Shown: piece by piece, positions 1-10,489 of the stretch
Layout: each line of letters begins with the position of its first letter
How positions within the stretch are numbered: the stretch's first letter is position 1
The notes under the pieces: generated by a model
Seen by the model: the letters and a program-made list of their open reading frames with translations, nothing else
What the model was told of the DNA's origin: nothing
Databases searched by the model: none
Assembly (NCBI GenBank): GCA_032718475.1
Contig: JAUCBJ010002093.1
Span: 1 to 37,847 of the forward strand
Reading direction: 5' to 3'
Length of the DNA: 37,847 bases
Origin: Nemertoderma westbladi
Taxonomy: Eukaryota > Animalia > Xenacoelomorpha
Translations under genes and position numbers: made by a program

Positions 1-17
1 AGCATGTCAAAATCGTA

Positions 18-67
<50 letters not shown>

Positions 68-89
68 AACGACGACGACGACGACGACA
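18..89. repeat. (ACG)n trinucleotide microsatellite
   Basis: Directly visible run of ACG/GAC with occasional AAC-type interruptions. Confidence 0.95.
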
Positions 90-159
90 ACTAGTTGCAT
101 AAATTGACCCACCCCCTAACAGTGTCAATTCGCTAAGGCTCCGCCAACTTCGTGGCTCG

Positions 160-867
160 CCCCACATATCCATCCCATTCCAACATCTAAATCTTCCTTA
201 CCTACCAGATACAACCACTGATGACTTACTTAACAGACGCACCCTTAATATTAAACTACCAAGGACTAACAACCGGTTTGGGCACTACAGCTTAACTACC
301 CAACTCATAAAATTATGGAATGACTTACCGCACACAATAAAACAACTAGTAACGAACTATTCCACTTTTAAAGGCTCTCTAAAAAAGCATTTCCTCTCAC
401 GATTTGAACGGGATAAATAAAATTGACGCGGGTTCTATCAATGCTGGGTGCTTGAGCACATTATTTACGGTGAAACGAATTTTTGTAATTTAATAAATTT
501 TTTAATAATAAATAATGTCTGGCAATTAATTACTTAATTATATTTATTATTAATCATGTGTATTTTTTTTTGTATGTATTATGTAATAGTTTCCTGTAAT
601 ATAAGTACAGTACCGTACAATTAATTAACTAGATAAATATATTGCTCTTCTGCATGGAAATATTGTGTAACCATTTCGTTCATAGGTTTATTATTTACTG
701 CATGCATTTTATATTTATATTTAGTACTTACTTATTAGGATAGAGTGCCAGCTGACCTCCTTAAGAGGTCAGTTATTATCAGTTAAAGAGGCTTGCCTCT
801 AAACTGCCTTATATACAATATTGTATTTAAGTATGGCAATAAATAAATAAATAAATAAATAAATAAA
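160..867 (+). mobile_element. 5'-truncated L2-group (Crack/Daphne/L2-like) LINE 3' end
   Basis: Frame 181-420 reads ...LPRTNNRFGHYSLTTQLIKLWNDLPHTIKQLVTNYSTFKGSLKKHFL...*, the WNxLP...FKxxLK motif at the C-terminus of L2/CR1-group ORF2. It is followed by an AT-rich 3' UTR, stem-loops (agctgacctc-cttaa-gaggtcagtt at ~750-774) and an (AAAT)n tail at ~838-867. Left boundary approximate. Confidence 0.8.
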
Positions 868-1093
868 GCCACGAATGCCTTAATAAATCAAATCAAAAGA
901 CGGGGGGGGGGGGGGGGGTGGGGGGGGGGCTGGACGCAATAAAAATTTATTTTTTCTCCAGGGGAAATTGGACACAAATAATAGCTGATTACTCTCAAAA
1001 ATAAAACTGTAACCTGTTCTATTGTGTTTAGTTTATTGTTTGGTTAAAATAGCGTGCTACTGTAACCTACGCTTTCCCTAAATTGAGAATTTA

Positions 1094-1371
1094 GGCCCAT
1101 GTGAAGAATACCAGACTTTCTACCGTTATATTTCACTTTGCAGTTACCCCCATGTGAAGAATACCAGGTTTTCACCAAAAACACAGGTTACAGAAGGGCT
1201 GAATTTAACCAAAACAATAAACGAATTAGTATATGTACAGGTTATAAGACAGAAATAAGCGTTATAAAACACTTAATAAAGATAAATTGAAAAAAATGAA
1301 AAATCTTCATATATAAAATTCCAATAAAAAGTCGACCGAAAAGTGAAATCCTGGTATTCTTCACATGGGCG
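1094..1371. mobile_element. MITE, ~20-bp TIR (GCCCATGTGAAGAATACCAG), 8-bp TSD AGAATTTA
   Basis: TIR at both ends; AGAATTTA at 1086-1093 and 1372-1379; second, inverted copy at 10644-10926. Confidence 0.9.
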
Positions 1372-1659
1372 AGAATTTAACATTGAAGAGGGATATTAAT
1401 TCGCCAAGCTCCAAATCAAACTATACTGATTTTACACTTGAAATATATAAACAATAATGAAATATATAAGCAGAAGCAGAAGCAATATTCCTAATTTTCA
1501 GAAACTAAAGCAGATTCTATATTCTAACATGCGTTTCTCACTCGTTCGTTTAACCGTTATGCACTAAATCTTTGTTCCTTAGTTAGTTGAACTGCAGGTT
1601 CTTCAGCTTTATTACTCAGTTAGTTTAACCGCGGTCCTAACCTTCGTCCTAACCGCGGT

Positions 1660-1727
1660 CCACCCCTACCCTCGGGTAGCAGCTATCGAAAGAGGAGCCT
1701 TCGGGTCGCCTCCGGCTTCGGCCGACT
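1660..1727 (+). mobile_element. Truncated copy of SINE-like structured cassette within satellite
   Basis: Matches the 3' part of the cassettes at 3479-3597 and 4777-4895; followed by a T-rich tract. Confidence 0.6.
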
Positions 1728-3478
1728 GTTTGATTTGTTTTTGTTCTAACCTTTGTTCCTGAGTTACAGTAGTTTAACTCCGGCCTAACCGTTGTTCCTC
1801 AGTTCGTTTAACCGCTGTCTAACCTTTGTTCCTCAGTTACTGTAGTTTAACCGCGGTCCTAACCTTTGTTCCTCAGTTACTGTAGTTTAACCGCGGTCCT
1901 AACTTTTGTTCCTCAGTTCGTTTAACCGCTTTCCTAACCTTTGTTCCTCAGTTACTGTAGTTTAACCGCGGCCTAACCGTTGTTCCTCAGTTTGTTTAAC
2001 CGCTGTCCTAACCTTTGTTCCTCAGTTAGTTTAACCGCGGTCCTAACCTTTGTTTCTCGTTAGTTTAACCGCGCTGTCCTAACCTTTGTTCCTCAGTTAG
2101 TTTAACCGCTTTCCTAACCTTTGTGCCTCAGTTACTGTAGTTTAACCGCGGCCTAACCGTTGTTCCTCAGTTCGTTTAACCGCTGTCCTAACCTTTGTTC
2201 CTCAGTTAGTTTAACCGGGGTCCTAACCCTTGTTCCTCGGTTACTGTAGTTTAACCGCGGTCCTAACCGTTGTTCCTCAGTTACTGTAGTTTAACCGCGG
2301 TCCTAACCTTTGTTCCTCAGTTACTGTAGTTTAACCGGGGTCCTAACCGTTGTTCCTCAGTTTGTTTAACCGCTGTCCTAACCTTTGTTCCTCAGATAGT
2401 TTAACCGCGGTCCTAACCTTTGTTCCTCAGTTACTGTAGTTTAACCGCGGTCCTAACCTTTGTTCCTCAGTTAGTTTAACCGCTGTTCTAACCTTTGTTC
2501 CTCAGATAGTTTAACCGCGGCCTAACCTTTGTTCCTCAGATAGTTTAACCGCGGTCCTAACCTTTGTTCCTCAGTTAGTTTAACCGCGTCCTAACCTTTG
2601 TTCCTCAGTTAGTTTAACCGCGGTCCTAACCTTTGTTCCTCAGATAGTTTAACCGCTGTCCTAACCTTTGTTCCTCAGTTCGTTTAACCGCTGTCCTAAC
2701 CTTTGTTCCTCAGTTACTGTAGTTTAACCGCGGTCCTAACCTTTGTTCCTCAGTTCGTTTAACCGCTTTCCTAACCTTTGTTCCTCAGTTACTGTAGTTT
2801 AACCGCGGCCTAACCGTTGTTCCTCAGTTTGTTTAACCGCTGTCCTAACCTTTGTTCCTCAGTTAGTTTAACCGGGGTCCTAACCCTTGTTCCTCAGTTA
2901 CTGTAGTTTAACCGCGGTCCTAACCGTTGTTCCTCAGTTAGTTTAACCGGGGTCCTAACCTTTGTTCCTCAGTTACTGTAGTTTAACCGCGGTCCTAACC
3001 TTTGTTCCTCAGTTACTGTAGTTTAACCGGGGTCCTAACCGTTGTTCCTCAGTTTGTTTAACCGCTGTCCTAACCTTTGTTCCTCAAATAGTTTAACCGC
3101 GGCCTAACCTTTGTTCCTCAGTTACAGTAGTTTAACCGCGGTCCTAACCTTTGTTCCTCAGATAGTTTAACCGCGGCCTAACCTTTGTTCCTCAGTTAGT
3201 TTAACCGCTGTTCTAACCTTTGTTCCTCAGTTAGTTTAACCGATGTCCTAACCTTTGTTCCTCAGATAGTTTAACCGCGGTCCTAACCTTTGTTCCTCAG
3301 TTAGTTTAACCGCGCTGTCCTAACCTTTGTTCCTCAGATACTGTAGTTTAACAGCGGTCCTAACCGTTGTTCCTCAGTTACAGTAGTTTAACCGCGGTCC
3401 TAACCTTTGTTCCTCAGATACTGTAGTTTAAGAGCGGTCCTAACCGTTGTTCCTCAGTTAGTTTAACCGCGCTGTTCT

Positions 3479-3597
3479 AATGAGTACCAGTTAAATAACT
3501 GGGAGCAAATATTGGGATAGGAGTAGCGCCCACCCCTACCCTCGGGTAGCAGCTATCGAAAGAGGAGCCTTCGGGTCGCCTCCGGCTTCGGCCGACT
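3479..3597 (+). mobile_element. SINE-like 3' half (structured cassette) within satellite
   Basis: Starts with AATGAGTACCAG, a core-like motif of invertebrate tRNA-SINEs that also occurs in similar form at ~6218. The stretch GGAGTAGCGCCC...GGAGCCTTCGGGTCGCC resembles remembered invertebrate SINE 3' regions. Ends in a T-run. Confidence 0.6.
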
Positions 3598-4776
3598 CTT
3601 TGCTTTTTTTTTGTTCTAACCTTTGTTCCTCAGTTACAGTAGTTTAACCCCGGCCTAACCGTTGTTCCTCAGTTCGTTTAACCGCTGTCTAACCTTTGTT
3701 CCTCAGTTAGTTTAACCGCGGTCCTAACCTTTGTTCCTCAGTTACTCTAGTTTAACCGCGGTCCTAACCTTTGTTCCTCAGTTACTGTAGTTTAACCGCG
3801 GTCCTAACCTTTGTTCCTCAGTTCGTTTAACCGCTTTCCTAACCTTTGTTCCTCAGTTACTGTAGTTTAACCCCGGTCCTAACCGTTGTTCCTCAGTTAG
3901 TTTAACCGCGGTCCTAACCGTTGTTCCTCAGTTACTGTAGTTTAACCGCGGTCCTAACCTTTGTTCCTCAGTTACTGTAGTTTAACCGCGGTCCTAACCT
4001 TTGTTCCTCAGTTACTGTAGTTTAACCGCGGTCCTAACCTTTGTTCCTCAGTTCGTTTAACCGCTTTCCTAACCTTTGTTCCTCAGTTACTGTAGTTTAA
4101 CCGCGGCCTAACCGTTGTTCCTCAGTTTGTTTAACCGCTGTCCTAACCTTTGTTCCTCAGTTAGTTTAAACGGGGTCCTAACCCTTGTTCCTCAGTTACT
4201 GTAGTTTAACCGCGGTCCTAACCGTTGTTCCTCAGTTACTGTAGTTTAACCGCGGTCCTAACCTTTGTTCCTCAGTTACTGTAGTTTAACCGGGGTCCTA
4301 ACCGTTGTTCCTCAGTTTGTTTAACCGCTGTCCTAACCTTTGTTCCTCAAATAGTTTAACCGCGGCCTAACCTTTGTTCCTCAGTTACAGTAGTTTAACC
4401 GCGGTCCTAACCTTTGTTCCTCAGATAGTTTAACCGCGGCCTAACCTTTGTTCCTCAGTTAGTTTAACCGCTGTTCTAACCTTTGTTCCTCAGTTAGTTT
4501 AACCGATGTCCTAACCTTTGTTCCTCAGATAGTTTAACCGCGGTCCTAACCTTTGTTCCTCAGTTAGTTTAACCGCGCTGTCCTAACCTTTGTTCCTCAG
4601 ATACTGTAGTTTAACAGCGGTCCTAACCGTTGTTCCTCAGTTACAGTAGTTTAACCGCGGTCCTAACCTTTGTTTCTCAGTTAGTTTAACCGCGGTCCTA
4701 ACCTTTGTTCCTCAGATACTGTAGTTTAAGAGCGGTCCTAACCGTTGTTCCTCAGTTAGTTTAACCGCGCTGTTCT

Positions 4777-4895
4777 AATGAGTACCAGTTAAATAACTGG
4801 GAGCAAATATTGGGATAGGAGTAGCGCCCACCCCTACCCTCGGGTAGCAGCTATCGAAAGAGGAGCCTTCGGGTCGCCTCCGGCTTCGGCCGACT
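4777..4895 (+). mobile_element. Third copy of SINE-like cassette within satellite
   Basis: Matches 3479-3597, including the gctgttctaa|tgagtacc junction. Confidence 0.6.
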
Positions 4896-6017
4896 CTTTG
4901 CTTTTTTTTTTTGTTCTAACCTTTGTTCCTGAGTTACAGTAGTTTAACCCCGGCCTAACCGTTGTTCCTCAGTTCGTTTAACCGCTTTCCTAACCTTTGT
5001 TCCTCAGTTAGTTTAACCGCGGCCTAACCTTTGTTCTTCAGTTACTGTAGTTTAACCGCTGTCCTAACCTTTGTTTCTCAGTTAGTTGAACCGCGGTCCT
5101 AACCTTTGTTCCTCAGCTTAGTTTAACCGCTGTCCTAACCTTTGTTTCTCAGTTAGTTTAACCGCTGTCCTAACCTTTGTTTCTCAGTTAGTTTCACCGC
5201 GGTCCTAACCTTTTGTTCCTCGCAAAAAAATTACTAAAATACTTATCTTCAGCGCAAATTGACCGCAAGTGAAATAAAGCTTTGTTTATTGTTTTGGTTG
5301 AAGTACAGTAGGTACAGTACTTTACTGGGATTAGATACCGGCACCCTGTATACCGGTCCTATTGACAGCTGTTTGACCCAGGTTTAGCACATTTGGTACT
5401 CAGAATTATTAGATATTTTCGGATAAAATTAAATTACTGAACCACACAGATTGTTTGTCGGTTGGTAAAGCTTCACTACTTGAGTTATTAAATTGATTTT
5501 CCCCATCTGGAGGGAGTAGCCCTGGTGAGCTTACATATTTTCCACAGTTAGCAACAGTTGTACGCCCAAGAATAGGAAGATTATTCGATTCTTCCGCTGT
5601 TCACGGGGAATTAGCAGTGGTTGGCGGACTTTAGTGGGAAGACTACTGAGTAAAATTAGAGCGGTGGATGAGACCGCATTTAGAACGGCTCGACTTATTA
5701 GACCTTCGAACGCCTGGATATTAGCGCATCCAGCGAAGAATTTCTAGACTCTCGAGATCCAAAGTGAGAAAATTAGTGGATTCGGTTCTTATCTTTACAT
5801 CTCCTTTTACTCTCCCCTACTGTAGGATTTGATTACCACTAAAGGTGTGCTGCTTATTTCCAAGGGATCCTTTATGTTACTTGGTTACAAATACAAAATG
5901 ATATATATAATATACGCCCAACTTAACCGAGAGCGCGACAATGCCCATCCAACTCAATATGATAAGGATGTGAATAATGATGTATACACGTCGCACATTA
6001 CACACCATTCTGACAAT

Positions 6018-6507
6018 GGGTGAGTAGGGCCTACAAAACAAAGACCTGTACAAAACACATGTGTTAACTTTCGTTTATTTTTTGGTTCCCCCAAAACTCA
6101 TCTGTAATCTGCTCCTTTACTAACCTAATCCTTTAAATGGAAATGGGACCTAACGTTATTTGGGACCTAATGCGTGACCAGGGCGCATCTCTGCCTTGCA
6201 TCCTTAAGTGATAGCTAAATGAGTACTGGAGTTTCCTCTGGGGAGTAAAGTTCTGGGGGGACCGCACTGGAAATAAGTCGTCAGACTTTGTGCATAATCC
6301 CTGGCCTAGCGGCCGAAGAAAATTTACTTTTACTTTTTACTTTTAAAGAGCGTTAGGTCCCATTGCCATTTAAAGGAGCAGGTTGATAAAGGAGCAGGTT
6401 ACAGAGACATGTTGGGGGAACCAAAACAATAAAGGAATGTTAACACATGTTGCAATATTATGCAGGTTTTTATAATTGGGTCTAGCGTCTTTGTTCTGTA
6501 CTCACCC
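6018..6507. mobile_element. Degenerate foldback/MITE with long imperfect inverted arms
   Basis: 6018-6155 (gggtgagta...aacacatgtgttaac...ggttccccc...gggacctaacg) is an imperfect reverse complement of 6351-6507; flanks tctgacaat / tctgatgat resemble a decayed TSD. Confidence 0.75.
6171..6344 (+). mobile_element. 5'-truncated SINE-like fragment inserted in the foldback centre
   Basis: AAATGAGTACTGGAG...GGGGAGTAAAG core-like motif and a (TTTAC)n tail at ~6322-6344. Confidence 0.6.
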
Positions 6508-7094
6508 TTCTGATGATATCTGTTCTGTGTTAATATAACAGCATGTCACCTCATATTAATATACTGTAGCTCTATATACTGTAGCACTCTCAGAATTTTC
6601 TCGTACATGAGTTTTAATAAATTATCTTCTCTATTGATTAGTTAATCCCCTCAACATTCATACGTATGAATGAATAGCTAGTTAGTGATGACATAACGCA
6701 TTACTTGGTGAGCTAAGTATTAATGACTGTAGTAGTAGGAGGAATAAATAATACAGCTGGAAAACTTGTTATAACCATCTATCTTACTCATTATAATATT
6801 AAACAATTATATTCATTATGTAAATTAAATATATTAAATTCTTAAAATTTCTTAAAATTTCTTTTAACAAATTAGAAGTGTTTAATGTAGAAGATCGAAC
6901 ATGGTGGGGAAGATGCATTCCTCGATTTAATGAGTCTAAAGTTTCTCAAATAATTCATAATATCAAAAAATTGATCTTTAGATTTTATGAGGCTTTATGT
7001 GTGCATGATTTAGGTGTAGCGGGTGAGTGAAAATGAGTGAGATTTGGGAGATAAGTAGGCCTATCTTGATTTTATACCGAGACTCACTACTACA

Positions 7095-7480
7095 TCTACA
7101 TCCGTGGCTAAGCACGATGAAATGGAGCTATATTCGCCCCCTAGCTGCAGACATAGGAACTGTAAAAGTTTGTCTGAGTGTAGAATGTCTAATTAGGTAA
7201 TGCTCGTAGGTGACTACTACCAAATTTCAGAGGAATCCGATGTTTGGTTCTATAATTACAGCTACTTTTAAGTTACTGTCAATTCAACCCCTAGGGGCAG
7301 ACAAAGGAACTGTATAAGTCTGTCTGTGTTTCGAATTTCTTAACTTCTGATAGACTGCATGTGTACCAAGTTTGGTTCCAGTTCATCCATGAATGACCGA
7401 CTTATTAGCCTTCAAACATAGCCATCCAGCCACAAATAAACAAACTAACAAATTATTCTGTATTTTGGCCTTTGAATCCA
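7095..7480. mobile_element. Possible non-autonomous Helitron/Helentron-like element with two diverged ~150-bp internal repeats
   Basis: cccctag..gcagaca.aggaactgta.aagt.tgtctg at ~7137 and ~7288, each followed by an accaa(a/g)ttt motif, then an (ACAA)-like tract. Class assignment is by architecture only. Confidence 0.45.
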
Positions 7481-7743
7481 ACTATTAGGATTCTATTACA
7501 CCGGGAAGAAATAAAAGAGCAAATCATTGTGCCACGAAAATATGGAAAGCGCTTAAAGTAATAATACCCTTATAGTAATGTTATTTAAAAAATATACAAT
7601 TAAATTATTAGATTAAGTTCCTAAATTGCGAATCATAGAAATTAGTTTAACATAACAGATCAGTAAACATATTATATTTTGTGACGCGTTATAAATTTGT
7701 AAATCATCCCACTACCCCAAGTGCATCATCATCATCATCCTAA

Positions 7744-8434
7744 CCAAGAGATCTCCAACTCCAGTGCCTCCTCTCTCTCGAGTGGCACTGCCCTGCTGTA
7801 CACCCAGAGGTCTCCAACTCCAGTGCCTCCTCTCTCCCGAGTGGCACTGTCCTGCTGTACACCAAGAGATCTCCAACTCCAGTGCCTCCTCTCTCCCGAG
7901 TGGCACTGTCCTGCTGTACACCAAGAGGTCTCCAACTCCAGTGCCTCCTCTCTCCCGAGTGGCACTGTCCTGCTGTACACCAAGAGATCTCCAACTCCAG
8001 TGCCTCCTCTCTCCCGAGTGGCACTGTCCTGCTGTACACCAAGAGGTCTCCAACTCCAGTGCCTCCTTTCTCCCGAGTGGCACTGCCCTGCTGTACACCA
8101 AGAGGTCTCCAACTCCAGTGCCTCCTCTCTCCCGAGTGGCACTGTCCTGCTGTACACCAAGAGGTCTCCAACTCCAGTGCCTCCTTTCTCCCGAGTGGCA
8201 CTGCCCTGCTGTACACCTAGAGGTCTCCAACGCCAGTGCCTCCTTTCCCCCGAGTGGCACTGCCCTGCTGTACACCTAGAGGTCTCCAACTCCAGTGCCT
8301 CCTTTCTCCCGAGTGGCACTGCCCTGCTGTACACCTAGAGGTCTCCAACGCCAGTGCCTCCTTTCCCCCGAGTGGCACTGCCCTGCTGTACACCTAGAGG
8401 TCTCCAACTCCAGTGCCTCCTCTCTCCCGAGTGG
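7744..8434. repeat. 59-bp minisatellite, ~11.7 copies
   Basis: Unit CCAAGAGGTCTCCAACTCCAGTGCCTCCTCTCTCCCGAGTGGCACTGTCCTGCTGTACA; preceded by (CAT)5 at ~7724-7738. Confidence 0.97.
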
Positions 8435-8442
8435 CCGTGGCC

Positions 8443-9284
8443 GGATAGTTATAAAACCCGAAAAAAAAACGAAAAAGACGAAATTATTAACGAAAATATC
8501 GAAATTATAAAACTATAGATAAAATCTCGCTTTCCAGTGAGATATGTATTATTAGAAGGCACACTTTACATTATTTAATTAAGAAAATCCGATAATTTCG
8601 CCCCATTTTCAACCCTAAAAGTAATTTAATACCAAAATACTGGCTCTGTTGATTGGTTGTTAGGGGTGATCCAATGATTGCAAAACACCACAAGATGGCG
8701 CTCAAATTAGGACTGTAGTCAGAATGTGGGCCTACTGCAGTTATTGCATTACGACTGCTGGACTGCAATTCTGTCGTTACAGTGCGTTCACATGTTCACA
8801 TCCGCCGCACCACTTGCCTGACAGTCACTGTACAGTGTACAGTGCACACCAAGGCTAGGTAGCGTTAAGGTACCGTATGCCGTAATGCAAACATTTATAT
8901 GGGAATTACATTGTTGCAGTGTTGGGTTAGGGTACCGGACCACTTCTTTCAACTTTGCCGCTTCAGGCTGTACCGTACCATGCTTGTACAGTAACACACA
9001 AGTAGGCCCGCTGTACTGATCTGCTGATGCTGAGTTGATTCATCCAAGCCGCCATTATTGGTCAACACCCAACAACCAACCAACAGACAGTATTTGGTAT
9101 TAAATTACTTTTAAGGTCGAAAATGGGGCGAAATTATCGGATTTAATTAATTAAAAAATGTAAAGTGTGTCTTCTAATAATATCGATCTTATTAGAAAGC
9201 GAGGTTTTGTAGATTGTTTGATAATTTTGATATTTTCGCTGATAAATTCGTCTTTTTCGTTATTTTCGGGTTTTATAACTATCC
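8443..9284. mobile_element. Non-autonomous DNA transposon, ~230-bp imperfect TIRs, GG...CC ends, 8-bp TSD (Merlin-like)
   Basis: GGATAGTTATAAAACCCGAAAA... and ...TTTTCGGGTTTTATAACTATCC; flanks ccgtggcc (8435-8442) and ccgtgccc (9285-9292), 7/8 identical. Confidence 0.85.
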
Positions 9285-10043
9285 CCGTGCCCTTCCAGGG
9301 TAATCAGCAGACTTGTCCGGGATATTTTTGTTTTCACACAAACCATCTTTGGGGACCAAGCTTGAGAAAAAGGTGTAGTCAATGTAAATATATTTAAAAA
9401 TATATAATTATTTATTACACGGGAAAAAAACGACGGTTTTTTTTTTAATATTTTTTTGCTTATTTCTCGAGGTAATTCCTTAATAAAGCGTCGAGAGAAT
9501 ATTAAAAGTAATAATGCAAGGATAAATATTTTTATTTCCTTTACAAGTCGCTAGATTTTCAGGAAAAATAGGCCTAGTATTGCATGCGGGAACCTAAAGG
9601 GTAGTACCAACTTCAATAATTGCTAGGTTGCTACAACTTGTTTTCATCCCTTCTGATATTTTTATTACAATGAGTATACCAATGAGTATTTTTCTCAAAA
9701 TAAAATTTATTAATAATATTAATTTATCTGATGCTATTATAAAAGAAAGAAAATCTCAAAATTGAATTCTAAAAATTAAAATTAAAAGAAAATAACATAA
9801 CTTAATAATAATATATAATAATATAATATAATAATTATATAATTTTTATATAAAATATGTTCGAATATATCTTTTAAATAAATAAGTATTTGTCGATATC
9901 AGCATATTAGCATCATAAGAAATAAATGATACTTTAGAACAACTTGCGAAATACGTCCAATTTAAATGTGATATAGATATTATTATTACTGTATATCTGT
10001 GTGTTTATTTCCTTATGTAGGAACGTAAAAGGCGAATATTGCG

Positions 10044-10428
10044 ATGTATGCATATTGGATCTTAACACTCATGGCTGTTGCTTCCTCGAAAGTAATCAAA
10101 GTAGCCGGGGTTTCTTGCATCCACGGAAACTCATACATCACAGTATCATCTTCGGATCCGGACATGAAAGAGACTAACGTCGGTTGGACCGAAAAAGATC
10201 TTGGTCAAAAAGTATCCGGTTGTGCAACGTGCGACATGGTTTTAAATCAAATCCTTGGAGAGGCAGCAGCTGATCCTAATTTAAAAGGTTTAGCCTACAC
10301 CAAGGTCGAATTTTGTGTAGGGCAGGACAGGTTCAACGCGCATGGTTGTGAGGAAAAGAATGACGATCAGTGCGTCATCGAACTAGAGGAATTGGAGTAC
10401 ATTGCCGGAATAAAGGCAACTGCCGCCA
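10044..10428 (+). CDS. Ly6/uPAR (three-finger)-like secreted, probably GPI-anchored protein, coding exon 1
   Basis: Acceptor ttccttatgtag ending at 10020, ATG at 10044, signal-peptide-like start, six Cys, donor GTTAGT at 10429 (phase 1). Confidence 0.75.
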
Positions 10429-10489
10429 GTTAGTATTTGTATTAATTTACTTATTATAATTTACATAATAGAATCATTAACCCCCGCCC

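Larger units (their letters stand above)
1570..5220. repeat. 35/40-bp satellite array (CCTAACCTTTGTTCCTCAGTTA[CTGTA]GTTTAACCGCGGT) with higher-order duplication
   Basis: Head-to-tail monomers over ~3.6 kb; runs of variant monomers recur before each embedded cassette (cassette spacing 1870 and 1298 bp). Confidence 0.97.

Noticed and set aside
3476-3510. Hammerhead ribozyme in the cassette (CTAATGAG-stem-AAA)
   Set aside because: The core is not CUGANGA...GAAA and no stems I/III with an NUH site can be built.
1570-5220. CRISPR-like array or telomeric repeat (35-bp period, CCTAAC motif)
   Set aside because: No unique spacers, no cas genes and a eukaryotic context; CCTAA occurs once per monomer, not as tandem telomere units.
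5540-6023. Possible exon or ORF (including the 5829-6023 ORF) and a hammerhead-like GGATGAG hairpin
   Set aside because: No recognisable protein, no consistent splice pair and a non-canonical ribozyme core.
7712-8510. Overlapping ORFs on both strands; HDV-like ribozyme in the 59-bp unit
   Set aside because: The ORFs result from a nearly stop-free repeat cycling through frames; P1.1, P2 and P4 elements are missing.
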